Part shown: positions 1 to 11,234 of the stretch, piece after piece
Layout of the letters: the number at the start of each line of letters is the position of its first letter
Numbering within the stretch: position 1 is the stretch's first letter
Origin: Gammaproteobacteria bacterium
GTDB taxonomy: Bacteria; Pseudomonadota; Gammaproteobacteria; Methylococcales; Methylomonadaceae
Direction: 5' to 3'
DNA length: 64,000 nucleotides
NCBI GenBank assembly: GCA_024277935.1
Contig: JAJRUF010000190.1
Span: 495 to 64,494 of the forward strand
Program-made: the position numbers and the translations under genes
Notes under the pieces: model-generated
The model's input: only the letters and a program-made list of their open reading frames with translations
Databases searched by the model: none
What the model was told of the DNA's origin: nothing

Positions 1-1227
1 AAAAATTACCTTGAAACCAATTTTTCATTCTGGCCCACACCCCATTACCACCGCTGACATCTTCAACTCTGCCGTGGTGATCTTTCCCATACAACAACAA
101 CCCTACCCCAGTAGAATAAATAGGATTTTGCACCACATCAGTTAAACCTGAAACATGCTGTGGAACTCCCATACGCACCGGCATATGAAAAATTTCTTCC
201 GCCAAATCAACTAAGCCTTGTACCTTTGAGCTTCCGCCAGTTAGCACCACCCCTGCAGCAATAAGGTCCTCGTACCCACTGCGTCTTAATTCAGCCTGAA
301 CTAGCAACATTAATTCCTCATATCTTGGCTCAACAATTTCAGCTAGGTTTTGTGCTGATATCTTCCTAGGTTGCCTATCGCCAATACTGGGCACATTAAT
401 CATATCTTCTGAACTTACCATCTGTGTCAAAGCACAGGCATATTGGCATTTAATCTCTTCCGCACTTTTTGTAGGCGTTCTTAATGCAACAGCAATATCA
501 TTAGTGACTTGATCACCTGCAATAGGAATAACTGCGGTATGTTTAATAGCCCCTTCTGAAAAAATAGCGATATCAGTGGTTCCACCACCAATATCAATTA
601 AGCAAACACCCAGTTCTTTTTCATCCTCAGTTAATACTGATGTACAAGATGCTAATTGCTCTAAAACAATATCCTCCACCTCTAAACCACAGCGCCGAAT
701 ACATTTGATTATATTTTGAGCCGCACTGACACTTCCTGTCACCATGTGTACTTTTGCTTCTAGTCTTATCCCTGACATACCTATCGGCTCTTTAATCCCC
801 TCTTGCTGGTCAATTACAAATTCTTGGGGCAAAATATGCAATATTTTTTGATCGGCGGGGATGGCAACTGCGCGTGCAGAATCAATAACCCTGTCGATAT
901 CATATTGCATAACCTCTTGTCTTTTATAGCTACAATGCCATGTGAATTTAGACTCTTAATATGGCTACCCGCAATTCCAGCAAAAACGGATCGAATTTGA
1001 CAACCTGCCATCAATTCCGCTTCTTCTACTGCTCGCTGAATTGAATGTACGGTTGACTCTAAATTAACCACCACACCTTTCTTCAATCCTTTTGAAGGTG
1101 CTCGTCCAATACCAATAATTTCAATTTCATCATTACCCGTATGTTCAGCCACAATAGCGGCCACCTTTGATGTGCCAATATCCAATCCTACAATAATATT
1201 TCGCTCTATTTTTTTTGCCATATTCAA
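1..1227 (-). CDS. ftsA: Cell division protein FtsA. The 3' end runs off the window start, and there is an apparent 1-nt frameshift near 914-921.
   Basis: ORF 814..1227 starts MAKKIERNIIVGLDIGTSKVAAIV (actin-like ATPase N-terminus). After ...HGIVAIKDK the FtsA-like reading (EVMQYDIDRVIDSARAVAIPADQKILHILPQEF..., DIGGGTTDIAIF, ...WFQGNF) continues in another frame down to base 1 (my own translation). It lies after ftsQ in the dcw order. Confidence 0.85.
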
Positions 1228-1233
1228 TACGCT

Positions 1234-1977
1234 TTATGTTTTGTTCATTTCAGCTAATTTTTTCCAGTTTATTTTTGCTTCACCTTGTTTCCACGTTATC
1301 GCGTATCCATTTGAATATCTCAAATCAACCACTGCAATTTTTGCTATTTGCTCTTTCCCTATTAAGTAAACCGTCTTTAAAAATCGCTGTATTTTTTTCA
1401 AAGGCTGATTTCTTCCTGCATTTAATAGCATTTTATTTTGTAATTTTATATTCCATGCTCTTCTTTCATTAATATGAAGTTCTGCTAATACCATTGATTT
1501 ATCAGCTAATTCAGCTGATAAATCAGTTGCCACCTTTAGCATTTTTACTGCATACCCATCAGGCCCACTTAATAAAGGCAAAGAGCTAAAATTATTTCGT
1601 ACTACAGGTTTAAATATTTCAGCTTTTATATTCAGTAAAGCTTCGTCCCCCCAACGTGCCACTGGAATTTGCTCTTTAATCTCTATATTAAGAGCATCAG
1701 GCCATACCCGTTTAACCCTTACTGATTTGACCCAAGGTAAAGCCTCCACAGAAACCTGAATTTGTTGAATATCAGCATTGTACAAACCATTAACAACCTG
1801 CTCTCGCAACAACTGCTTTATTTCACCTTTTGCAATATATTGAAAAGTACCTTCAATTCTTACATATTTAACAGGTAACCAATCAGCCCCTTGTGCTTTT
1901 ACCTCTTCCCAGCCTTGCCAGCCAGCTACCAACACTAAAATTAAACCCGTAAAAAAATGTATGGTCGTTTTATTCAT
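1234..1977 (-). CDS. ftsQ: Cell division protein FtsQ
   Basis: 247 aa with a single N-terminal TM segment followed by a POTRA-like region (VRIEG...). It sits between ddl and ftsA. Confidence 0.85.
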   Translation of the reverse strand: MNKTTIHFFTGLILVLVAGWQGWEEVKAQGADWLPVKYVRIEGTFQYIAKGEIKQLLREQVVNGLYNADIQQIQVSVEALPWVKSVRVKRVWPDALNIEIKEQIPVARWGDEALLNIKAEIFKPVVRNNFSSLPLLSGPDGYAVKMLKVATDLSAELADKSMVLAELHINERRAWNIKLQNKMLLNAGRNQPLKKIQRFLKTVYLIGKEQIAKIAVVDLRYSNGYAITWKQGEAKINWKKLAEMNKT

Positions 1978-2905
1978 TCACAGTTGTTTCTAAAATACGC
2001 CAAACCAATTCATCAAAATTACAACCTTCTGCTTTTGCAGCCATAGGGACAAGGCTATGGTCGGTCATTCCTGGTACTGTATTGACTTCTATTAATTGTG
2101 CTCTTTCATTTTCGTCAATAAATATATCAATCCTTCCCCAGCCTATTACACCCACAACTTTACAAGCTTCAACAGCCAAGTTTTTTAATTTGGTTTCCTG
2201 CTGCTCTGTTAATCCACAAGGGCAATGATATTGAGTACTATTAGACTGGTATTTCGCCTCATAATCATAAAATACATTCTTTGTTTCCAGTCGAATAACG
2301 GCTAATGCTTCCCCTGCTAAAACAGCAACCGTATATTCATTACCTGTAACCCAGGATTCAGCAAATACATCACACTGATAGTTTTCTGCTACTGTTAATG
2401 CCTGCTTTAATTCATCTTCGTTATTTGCCTTACTCATTCCAATACTAGAGCCTTCCTGGGCTGGCTTCACAATAACGGGAAAACCTAAACTTTCAATACA
2501 CCTCTCTATATCTTCATCGTTAGTCAAAACAAACCATTTTGGAGTTTCAAGCCCAGCCCCTTTCCAACAAAGTTTAGTTCTTAATTTATCCATTGTGAGT
2601 GCTGATGCCATAACACCCGAGCCGGTATAAGGTAGTTTCATAATATCCAGCACACCTTGTAAAATACCGTCTTCTCCACCTCGCCCATGAATAATATTAA
2701 AAACTCTATCCACTTTCTGCCCTGTTAACACTTCAATAGGATTGTCTTTAACATCTATAACAACAGCATCGACCCTCTGCCTTTTCAAGGCATCAAATAC
2801 TGCCAGTCCACTTTTAATGGAGATTTCTCTTTCAGCAGAGCATCCTCCCATTAACACGGCGACTCGACCAAACTTTTCAGCCTGTTGGATATTCACTGGC
2901 TTCAC
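1970..2905 (-). CDS. ddl: D-alanine--D-alanine ligase
   Basis: 311 aa, ATP-grasp Ddl pattern (RVAVLMGGCSAEREISIKSG, HGRGGEDG, EVNTVPGMT). dcw position. Confidence 0.9.
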   Translation of the reverse strand: MKPVNIQQAEKFGRVAVLMGGCSAEREISIKSGLAVFDALKRQRVDAVVIDVKDNPIEVLTGQKVDRVFNIIHGRGGEDGILQGVLDIMKLPYTGSGVMASALTMDKLRTKLCWKGAGLETPKWFVLTNDEDIERCIESLGFPVIVKPAQEGSSIGMSKANNEDELKQALTVAENYQCDVFAESWVTGNEYTVAVLAGEALAVIRLETKNVFYDYEAKYQSNSTQYHCPCGLTEQQETKLKNLAVEACKVVGVIGWGRIDIFIDENERAQLIEVNTVPGMTDHSLVPMAAKAEGCNFDELVWRILETTVNE

Positions 2906-3774
2906 AGCACTTCACCTACTCTACAAACTTCAGGCTGCAAATTTATTCCATATTGTTTTTTTACTTGCTGCTGGATATAAGCAATTAATGCCTCTATATC
3001 TGCAGCCGTAGCATCCCCAGTATTTTCAATAAAATTTGCATGTTTTTCTGAGACACATGCACCGCCCATCACATAACCTTTAAGCCCAGATGCTTCTATA
3101 AGTCTAGCTGCATAATCACCTGGGGGGTTCTTAAATACCGAGCCACAGGTTGGTTTATTTGTTGGCTGCGTTAATCCACGTTGTTCTAATAATGATTTAA
3201 TCTTTAATTGACTTAACTCTGCTTCGCCTTGGCTTAGTTTTAATTCAGTTGATATAAACCATTCGCCTTCTATTCCTTTAACTGACCTATAAGCAACTTC
3301 AAAGTCTTCAACAGCCCTTTTTGCTACATCACCTCTAGCATTGACCATTTCAACACTGTCAACAATATTCCAGGTTTCGCCACCAAAAGCCCCCGCATTC
3401 ATTTTTAATGCACCACCTATTGTCCCTGGAATACCGGCTAAAAATTCAGCCCCCACCAAGCCCAGCCCCATACAAAACTTTGCTACATGTGGGCATGGAA
3501 CACCGGCTTCAATATAAATTTTTGCTGTATCGACTAAGCGCATATCTTTTAATCGGCCACGCGTATTAATAACCGTTCCCTTAATACCACCATCTCTAAC
3601 TAATAAATTACTGCCTAAACCTAACCAATAAATATTTTCCTGCTCGGGCAATGTTTTTAAAAATGCAATTAAGTCTTCCCTGTTTGCTGGCAAATACATT
3701 TTTTCTGCTGGCCCTCCAACGCGCCAACTGGTATATTTATCTAAAGGCTCATTTATTAATAAAGTACCTTTCAT
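2902..3774 (-). CDS. murB: UDP-N-acetylenolpyruvoylglucosamine reductase
   Basis: 290 aa. FAD-binding MurB motifs (YTSWRVGGPA, LGLGSNLL, GSVFKNP). Its start overlaps the corrected murC stop (ATGA). Confidence 0.9.
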   Translation of the reverse strand: MKGTLLINEPLDKYTSWRVGGPAEKMYLPANREDLIAFLKTLPEQENIYWLGLGSNLLVRDGGIKGTVINTRGRLKDMRLVDTAKIYIEAGVPCPHVAKFCMGLGLVGAEFLAGIPGTIGGALKMNAGAFGGETWNIVDSVEMVNARGDVAKRAVEDFEVAYRSVKGIEGEWFISTELKLSQGEAELSQLKIKSLLEQRGLTQPTNKPTCGSVFKNPPGDYAARLIEASGLKGYVMGGACVSEKHANFIENTGDATAADIEALIAYIQQQVKKQYGINLQPEVCRVGEVL

Positions 3775-5227
3775 CTTTTTAAGGCCTTTGTTAATTTCTC
3801 TGGTAATTCTGCTGAAATTTGTCCTACATTTCCTGCGCCCATGGTTAGTACCACATCATCTTTTTTTACAATACCGGCTAGAATATTTGCTAAATCAGCA
3901 TGATCTTTAACAAAACAGGATCAACTTGACCTCTGATTCTTATTGCTCTTGATAAAGCCTGTCCATTTGCGCCTGTAATTTCAGCTTCACCGGCCGTATA
4001 AATATCTAATAAAATCAATACATCAACAGTAGAAAGTACATCAACAAAGTCTTCAAATAAATCCCGAGTACGGGTATATCTGTGAGGTTGAAAAATGACA
4101 ACTTTTCGTCTATTAGGCCAAGCTTGATGCATAGCTTCAAAAGTTGCTGCCACCTCTTTTGGATGGTGTCCATAATCATCAACTAATGTAATACTCCCAC
4201 CGTTACATTCAATATCACCATTTAATTGAAACCTCCGCCCAATACCCTTAAAAGTTTCTAAACTTTTTATAATGGCTTCATCCTCTACATCCAACCTGGT
4301 TGCAATAGCTATAGCAGCCAGTGCATTCAACATATTGTGCCAGCCAGGCATATTAAGCGTGACACAGAGAGGTTTATGGTTTCCCCACCGCTCAACGGTA
4401 AATGATGTTTGTAGCCCATCCTGTTTTATCTCAGTAGCACGTACATCTGCATCTTTATGTATGCCATAGGTTTTTACTGGTTTTGCAATCTCTGGCAGAA
4501 TTTCTTGCACACCCTGATCATCCAAACACATAACAGCCAGACCATAAAAGGGTAAATGATGTAAAAACTCTAAAAAGGTATCTTTCAATCGCTGATAGCT
4601 TCCACCGTATGTTTCCATATGATCTCTATCAATATTAGTCACCACCGCCATCATCGGTTGTAAATGCAAAAATGAAGCATCACTTTCATCTGCCTCTGCC
4701 ACTAAATATTGACCTAAACCAAGTTTTGCATTAGTTCCTGCACTATTTAATCGTCCTCCAATCACAAAAGTAGGATCTAAGCCCCCTTCTGCAAGTATGC
4801 TGGCGGCTAAACTTGTGGTAGTCGTTTTTCCATGTGTACCTGCGACTGCAATTCCAAATCTAAATCGCATTAATTCTGCCAGCATTTCCGCACGGGGAAT
4901 AACAGGAATCCTATTTTCATAGGCCGCTTTGATTTCTTCATTTTGTTTATCTACCGCAGTAGATGTCACCACTACATCTACATTTTCTACATTTTCTTTA
5001 CAGTGACCGATATGTACAGTAACTCCTTTTTGTTCAAGCCTTTCGGTGACTGCACTTTGTTTAATATCAGATCCGGAAACGTCATAACCTAAATTAGATA
5101 ACACTTCGGCAATACCACTCATTCCCGTACCACCGACACCTACAAAGTGAATTTTATTTATAACACCAAGTAATTGTGTAGGTCTTTGTATATCGGGCAT
5201 ATTCATTATTTCGCTTCCTGTATACAA
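3771..5227 (-). CDS. murC: UDP-N-acetylmuramate--L-alanine ligase, with an apparent 1-nt frameshift in the A4/T4 run at about 3912-3915
   Basis: ORF 3890..5227 has the Mur ligase motifs ([20 protein letters not shown]). It ends abnormally (...[12 protein letters not shown]). Adding one T gives ...[40 protein letters not shown]...*, the normal MurC C-terminus, ending at 3771. The true start is probably the internal MNMPDIQ. Confidence 0.85.
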
Positions 5228-6264
5228 ATATTAGCCACAATCGCTGTTGCTTCTAATTTTGCTTTGTTTTTTACTATTTGACACATTTGTTTAAATGAAC
5301 TTTTAACATGCTGAATAGCCATAATTAATGATGTTTCATTAAAATCACTTTGTGCTAACAAAACCGCCCCCCCATCATCATATAAATAACGTGCATTTGC
5401 TGTTTGATGGTCATCAATCGCATGAGGCAATGGAATAAAAATTGCTGGAATACCTGCTGCTGCTACTTCACTGACGGTCATTGCTCCAGAGCGGCATATC
5501 ACTACGTCTGCCCATTGATAAGCTGATGCAATATCATCTATAAACTCAATAGCCTGTGCATCAATTCCAAGTTCTGCATATTTTTTAGTTACCAACTCTA
5601 ATGCGGCGGTTCCTGTTTGATGCTTTATTTCTATCTTAGTCAAATTGGCTGTCGCTGCTGGAACCGTATCATTTAAAACTTTTGCGCCTTGACTTCCTCC
5701 CACCACTAAAATACGAAAAGGTCTTTCTAACTCTTCTGTCCAAACTTGTTTTTCTGGAAAATCTAAAAAATGAGTTCTTAATGGGTTCCCCGTAAAAACC
5801 GCATTGACAATGGAAGGGAAACTTCCAGGAAAAGCCTCCAAAACTCTATTAGCCTTTTTTATCAATAATCTATTGGTTGTCCCAGGTATCCTATTTTGCT
5901 CATGAATAACTAAAGGGATTCCCATTAAATTTGCGACTATTCCACCAGGCCCAGCAACATACCCTCCCATTCCTAACACCACATCAGGTTTGCGTTTTCG
6001 CAAGATACCGTAAGCTTCCCACAAGGCCTTAAGTAAAAGTTTAAAATTACTTATTTTTGCAGCAATCCCCTTGCCTCGAAGTCCTTGTACAGATAACCAA
6101 TCTATTTCAATCCCATTGGCAGGAATCACTTTACTTTCCATGCCTCGCTGTGTTCCGATCCAGCTGACTTCCCAATCCTTGGCTTGTAAATACTGGGCAA
6201 CAGCAAGTGCGGGGAAGACATGCCCCCCTGTACCACCAGCCATAATTACAATACGTTGCCCCAT
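5206..6264 (-). CDS. murG: Undecaprenyldiphospho-muramoylpentapeptide beta-N-acetylglucosaminyltransferase
   Basis: 352 aa. [14 protein letters not shown]-terminus, GT28 pattern. dcw position. Confidence 0.92.
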   Translation of the reverse strand: MGQRIVIMAGGTGGHVFPALAVAQYLQAKDWEVSWIGTQRGMESKVIPANGIEIDWLSVQGLRGKGIAAKISNFKLLLKALWEAYGILRKRKPDVVLGMGGYVAGPGGIVANLMGIPLVIHEQNRIPGTTNRLLIKKANRVLEAFPGSFPSIVNAVFTGNPLRTHFLDFPEKQVWTEELERPFRILVVGGSQGAKVLNDTVPAATANLTKIEIKHQTGTAALELVTKKYAELGIDAQAIEFIDDIASAYQWADVVICRSGAMTVSEVAAAGIPAIFIPLPHAIDDHQTANARYLYDDGGAVLLAQSDFNETSLIMAIQHVKSSFKQMCQIVKNKAKLEATAIVANICIQEAK

Positions 6265-6269
6265 TAAAC

Positions 6270-7415
6270 CTATCCTCTCTGTTGTTTCAATTGTTTTTGT
6301 TTTACTTCACTATATACACGAAACAATAAAGCCATTCCTGCACACATAATAATCATACTTCCACCACCATAACTCATCAGTGGTAACGTTAACCCTTTGG
6401 TTGGTAGCATCCCCATATTGACTCCTATATTGACAAAAGCCTGAAATCCAAACCAGATACCTAGCCCATAAGCAATAAAAGCTGCAAAATTATCCCCTCC
6501 TTCCTCAGCTTTAACAGCAAGAGAAAAGGCATGACAAACCAATAAACTAAAAAGGGCAATAACACTTAATATCCCAATCAAACCTAACTCTTCAGCAATA
6601 ACCGACAATAAAAAGTCAGTATGTGCTTCGGGCAAATAAAATAATTTTTGGATCCCGCTGCCCAATCCAACACCAAATATCTCACCTCGACCAAACGAAA
6701 TTAACGCTTGTACCAGTTGAAACCCAGTATTCTGTGCATCAGCCCAAGGATCAATAAATCCTGTTACCCTTGCCCAGCGATATGGTGAAAAATACACCAG
6801 TAACACCGCTAATATGGCAACAATGGTAATCAGTATCAAAAACTGCCATAAGCGAGCACCACTTAAATACATTATTCCCATTGCAATCACTAAAATAACA
6901 ACTGCAGAACCAAAATCAGGTTCCAGTAATAATAAGACACATGCAATAGAAAATAATAACAACGGTTTCACTAAGCCATAAGTTGACTGCTGTACATCTT
7001 CTTGGTGCCTGGTTACATAACCTGCCATATAGACAACAGCAATAAATTTTACAATTTCTGATACTTGTATTCTTACTCCAAAAAGGGACATCCACCTGAT
7101 ACTGCCCTTTACTTTAAGACCCACGCCTGGTATCAACACAAACACCAATAAAGCAAGGCCAAAAATAAATAACCATGCCCCCGATTTTTCCCATACCCTT
7201 AGTGGAATAGCTACAACAACAGCTGCCATACAAATACCAAGCACTATATGTAACAGCTGTCTGGTAGGGTAGTACATATAATTATGATGAGCCATCTTAT
7301 CCCCTAAATGCAGAGAGGCCGAGGTCACCATAATAAACCCCATCATCAGCAAACTAATACAAATAAAAAGCAGGTGATAATCTAAATAAAATCTTTTTAA
7401 ATCATTGTTATTCAA
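6270..7415 (-). CDS. ftsW: Peptidoglycan glycosyltransferase FtsW (SEDS family)
   Basis: 381 aa polytopic membrane protein (PDFG, LPEAHTDF, GGGS motifs), between murD and murG. Confidence 0.9.
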   Translation of the reverse strand: MNNNDLKRFYLDYHLLFICISLLMMGFIMVTSASLHLGDKMAHHNYMYYPTRQLLHIVLGICMAAVVVAIPLRVWEKSGAWLFIFGLALLVFVLIPGVGLKVKGSIRWMSLFGVRIQVSEIVKFIAVVYMAGYVTRHQEDVQQSTYGLVKPLLLFSIACVLLLLEPDFGSAVVILVIAMGIMYLSGARLWQFLILITIVAILAVLLVYFSPYRWARVTGFIDPWADAQNTGFQLVQALISFGRGEIFGVGLGSGIQKLFYLPEAHTDFLLSVIAEELGLIGILSVIALFSLLVCHAFSLAVKAEEGGDNFAAFIAYGLGIWFGFQAFVNIGVNMGMLPTKGLTLPLMSYGGGSMIIMCAGMALLFRVYSEVKQKQLKQQRG

Positions 7416-8779
7416 GCAACTAACTCCATCACAGCTGATGTAAATTTATCTCCTCTATCCTGGTAATTTTTATATTGATCAATACTTGCACAGGCAGGGC
7501 TTAGCAATACGCTATCCCCTTCTGTGACTAATGTTGATACTAATTTAACAGCCTGCTTTACATTTTTAACTTTATAAGTAGGTACGCTACCATTAATTGC
7601 TGCATCAATAATGTCCGCATCCTTTCCCATTAAAACGATGGTTTTTACTTTTTCTTTTACCACGGGAATTAGCTCATTGATATCAGCTCCTTTTGCATCC
7701 CCCCCCGCAATTAAGATTACTTTCTTGTTATAGCCTTGCAAAGCTGCCACACACGCTCCAATATTTGTTGCTTTAGAATCATTTATCCAGCTTACGCCTT
7801 TTACATTAGCCACTCGTTGCATTCTATGCTCTAAGCCTTTAAATTTTCTCAACGCATCACACATTGCTTTTTCATCTAAAGGAACCGCTGATCCTATGGC
7901 TAAAGCTGCAAGTGCATTGGCTACATTATGCAGACCTTCAAGAGGTATTTCTTGTTGCCGTATCAGGGGTTGTTGCTTATGCATTAACCAATTTTCACCT
8001 TGATACTGCTGTAAATGAAAACCTATATTACTTTTTACACTAAAAAACTTTGCTTCCCTACCTTCAATCTGCATTGCCTTAACAATAGGGTCATCTGCAT
8101 TTAAGACCATCACCCCATTACCCGAAAATACTTTTTGTTTTTCCTGCGCATAACCCTTAAATCCATCATGTCTATCCAAATGGTCGGCTGACACATTCAA
8201 TACCGTGGCAACTTTCGCATTTAACGAAGAAACACGTTCCAACTGAAAACTTGATAACTCTATAACATAAAGCTCATTATTTTCATTAAGTAAATCTAAT
8301 GCTGGCGTTCCTAAATTCCCACCAATTGCTGTCTTTACACCTGCTGCAATTCCCATATCTCCTAACATGGTGGTCACTGTACTTTTACCATTGGAACCCG
8401 TTATGGCCACAATAGGCTTATCTGTACTACAGGCAAATAAATCAATATCACTGAGTAATTTTGCGCCTGCACCCAAAGCCTTTTGAATTGAAACCTCTTG
8501 TAAGGAAACACCTGGGCTCACAACCAAATGTGTTGCTACTCTAAATGCTGCTTCATCAAACCCACCCGTAAAAACCGGTGTATCAGGATAGTCAGCTAAC
8601 AATGCATCATTTAATGGTGGTTTATCTCTACTATCAATAACGGCAAAAGGAATAGCCTGGGTATATAAATATTTTGCAACAGATAACCCTGTATCCCCTA
8701 AACCAACAACCAGTACCTTTGAGTCTTGATTCAAAGATAATGTGTTATCTAATAATTTTGATATAGCCTCTCTATCCAT
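7412..8779 (-). CDS. murD: UDP-N-acetylmuramoylalanine--D-glutamate ligase
   Basis: The ORF is open to 8839, but the likely start is MDREAISKL at 8779, just after the mraY stop. Mur ligase motifs GSNGKSTV and DSKATN. Confidence 0.9.
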   Translation of the reverse strand: MDREAISKLLDNTLSLNQDSKVLVVGLGDTGLSVAKYLYTQAIPFAVIDSRDKPPLNDALLADYPDTPVFTGGFDEAAFRVATHLVVSPGVSLQEVSIQKALGAGAKLLSDIDLFACSTDKPIVAITGSNGKSTVTTMLGDMGIAAGVKTAIGGNLGTPALDLLNENNELYVIELSSFQLERVSSLNAKVATVLNVSADHLDRHDGFKGYAQEKQKVFSGNGVMVLNADDPIVKAMQIEGREAKFFSVKSNIGFHLQQYQGENWLMHKQQPLIRQQEIPLEGLHNVANALAALAIGSAVPLDEKAMCDALRKFKGLEHRMQRVANVKGVSWINDSKATNIGACVAALQGYNKKVILIAGGDAKGADINELIPVVKEKVKTIVLMGKDADIIDAAINGSVPTYKVKNVKQAVKLVSTLVTEGDSVLLSPACASIDQYKNYQDRGDKFTSAVMELVA

Positions 8780-8781
8780 TT

Positions 8782-9864
8782 TTATCTCAATTTCAATGTT
8801 GCCAGACCAATTAACACCAAAATAAAGGTGATGATCCAAAACCGCACAATAATTCTTGGTTCAGGCCAGCCTTTTAATTCATAATGATGGTGAATAGGAG
8901 CCATTAAAAACACCCGTTTTCCTCTTAATTTATAGGAAGCAACCTGAATAATTACGGAGACAGTTTCAACCACAAATACGCCCCCCATAATCATCAAAAC
9001 AATCTCTTGTCGAACAAGTACAGCCAAAATACCTAATGCGGCTCCTAATGCTAAAGCACCTACATCCCCCATAAATACCATAGCAGGGTATGCGTTAAAC
9101 CATAAAAAACCTAAGCCGGCCCCAACAAGAGCAGCACAAAAAACAATTAGCTCACCAGACTCTGGTAAATAGGGGATAGCCAAATACTCTGCAAACTTTA
9201 TATTTCCAGATAAATAAGCAAAAATACCTAATGCAGCAGCAACCATCACTGTCGGCATAATAGCTAAACCATCAAGCCCATCTGTTAAATTCACCGCATT
9301 ACTAGACCCCACAATGACTAAATAAGTCACAATAATATAAGCCCAACCTATATCAATCATGACATCCTTAAAAAAAGGAACAATATATTGTGTTTCTGCA
9401 GCGACCTCTGCTGTCATATACAAAAAAACTGCCACCCCCAATGCAATTACAGATTGCCAAAATAATTTGGCTTTTGCCGATAAGCCATCACTGTTTCCTT
9501 GCATGACTTTCCTGTAATCATCAACAAATCCAATAATGCCGTGTCCCAGTGTGACAATTAATACCACCCAAACATAACGGTTTTCCAGGTCAGCCCAAAG
9601 CAGTGTGCTAATCGCTATCGCTACCAGTATTAATGCCCCCCCCATAGTGGGTGTCCCTGCTTTTTCATAATGACTTTCTGGACCATCCTCTCTAATTGAC
9701 TGTCCAATTTTTTTTCTCGTTAATTTTCTTATCATCACGGGCCCGACAATAAAGGAAATTATTAATGCAGTTAATGCGCCTAAAATAGCTCTTAAAGTCA
9801 AGTATTGAAATACTCGAAAACCACCATCAAAGTTCATTAAATAATCTGTTAAATAAAGTAACAT
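8782..9864 (-). CDS. mraY: Phospho-N-acetylmuramoyl-pentapeptide transferase
   Basis: 360 aa, 10-TM. Motifs [26 protein letters not shown]. Confidence 0.95.
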   Translation of the reverse strand: MLLYLTDYLMNFDGGFRVFQYLTLRAILGALTALIISFIVGPVMIRKLTRKKIGQSIREDGPESHYEKAGTPTMGGALILVAIAISTLLWADLENRYVWVVLIVTLGHGIIGFVDDYRKVMQGNSDGLSAKAKLFWQSVIALGVAVFLYMTAEVAAETQYIVPFFKDVMIDIGWAYIIVTYLVIVGSSNAVNLTDGLDGLAIMPTVMVAAALGIFAYLSGNIKFAEYLAIPYLPESGELIVFCAALVGAGLGFLWFNAYPAMVFMGDVGALALGAALGILAVLVRQEIVLMIMGGVFVVETVSVIIQVASYKLRGKRVFLMAPIHHHYELKGWPEPRIIVRFWIITFILVLIGLATLKLR

Positions 9865-9873
9865 TTTTTGCCT

Positions 9874-11234
9874 TTATGTCCTGAAATCTGTAACTATCGC
9901 TTCGACAACTCTTTCCATCTTTTGCGAACGGGAGCCTTTAATTAGTACCGTCTCATCCCCATTCATTTTTTGTTCTAAATAAGCTATTAACTCCTCGTGT
10001 GAATTAAAAAAAATGGCTCCTCTACCATATGAATGGGAGGTAGATTCAGCATCAGAGCCTATAGTGAGCAACTTTTCTACTTTTTTTAATTTAATGAGTT
10101 CACCCAATTGCTGATGTTTTTTAACACTTTCTTTTCCCAGTTCAGCCAGTGCGCCCATTACAAACCAAGACTCACCTTCACATTGCATTAACACATCCAA
10201 AGCTGCCTCTACCGAACTGGGGTTTGCGTTATAAGTATCATCTATAATTAGATTCCCTTTTTTTCCAACCAAGGGTTGTAGCCTTCCCATAACGGGTTGC
10301 ATTTTTTCCAACCCTTGTTTTATTTGTTGCAACTCAATCCCAAGTGCTAAACAACTTGTAGCCGCCGCCAAGGCATTAATAACATTATGTTGTCCTGCTA
10401 AGGCCAAATTTATAATTACTTCAGCTTCACCAGTTGATAACACAAACTGCGTTATAAACTTGTTATTTTCAACCGTTGGCTTAATATCTTTTGCTCTCAC
10501 ATCAGCAGATTTATGCTCCCCAAAGCTAAAGATTTTTCTATCCTCAGCTATTTCCGCCCAAAAACCATAAAACTCATCATCTCTATTCAGAATTGCAATA
10601 CCATCACCACCCAACCCTGAAATAATTTCACTCTTAGCTTTTGCCACCCCATCAAGACTAACAAAACCTTCTATATGTGCTGCACCCACATTAGTAATCA
10701 CGGCAACATCGGCTTGAGCATACTGACTGCTATATGCAATCTCACCAATATGGTTTGCCCCCATTTCTATTACGGCATAGTCATGTGTTTGCTGTAGTTT
10801 TAATAAAGTAAGTGGAACACCAATATCATTATTAAAATTACCTTGCGTAAATAACACACTGGCATCTACTTTTAAAATTTTGGCAATCATTTCTTTAACC
10901 GTAGTTTTGCCATTACTACCTGTTACTGCAACTGTTTTTACTTTAGCCTTTTTTTCCAGGCCCCTGCCAATTCAGCCAAAGCTAAATGCGTATCCTTAAC
11001 GACTATCTGCGGCAATTCAGTCTCACACTTTTGTGCTACCAGTACAGCACTTGCTCCTGCATTTTTGGCTTGATCAATAAAATCATGTCCATCAAAATTC
11101 AGCCCTTTTATTGCAATATATAAATCTGCTTTTGCTAAGGTTCGAGTATCTATACTGACTGCCGAAATAGCCAAGTCATCGCCATATAATTTTCCACTTA
11201 CTGCCTTCGCAATTTCAGTTAATAGCATTTCCAT
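9874..11234 (-). CDS. murF: UDP-N-acetylmuramoyl-tripeptide--D-alanyl-D-alanine ligase, split by a 1-nt frameshift in the T7 run at 10949-10955
   Basis: The N-terminal 98-aa ORF (10938..11234) and the 338-aa ORF (9874..10890) are both MurF-like. Reading the run one base longer fuses ...AGAWKKK-AKVKTVAVTGSNGKTTVKEMIAKIL (P-loop). Confidence 0.85.
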
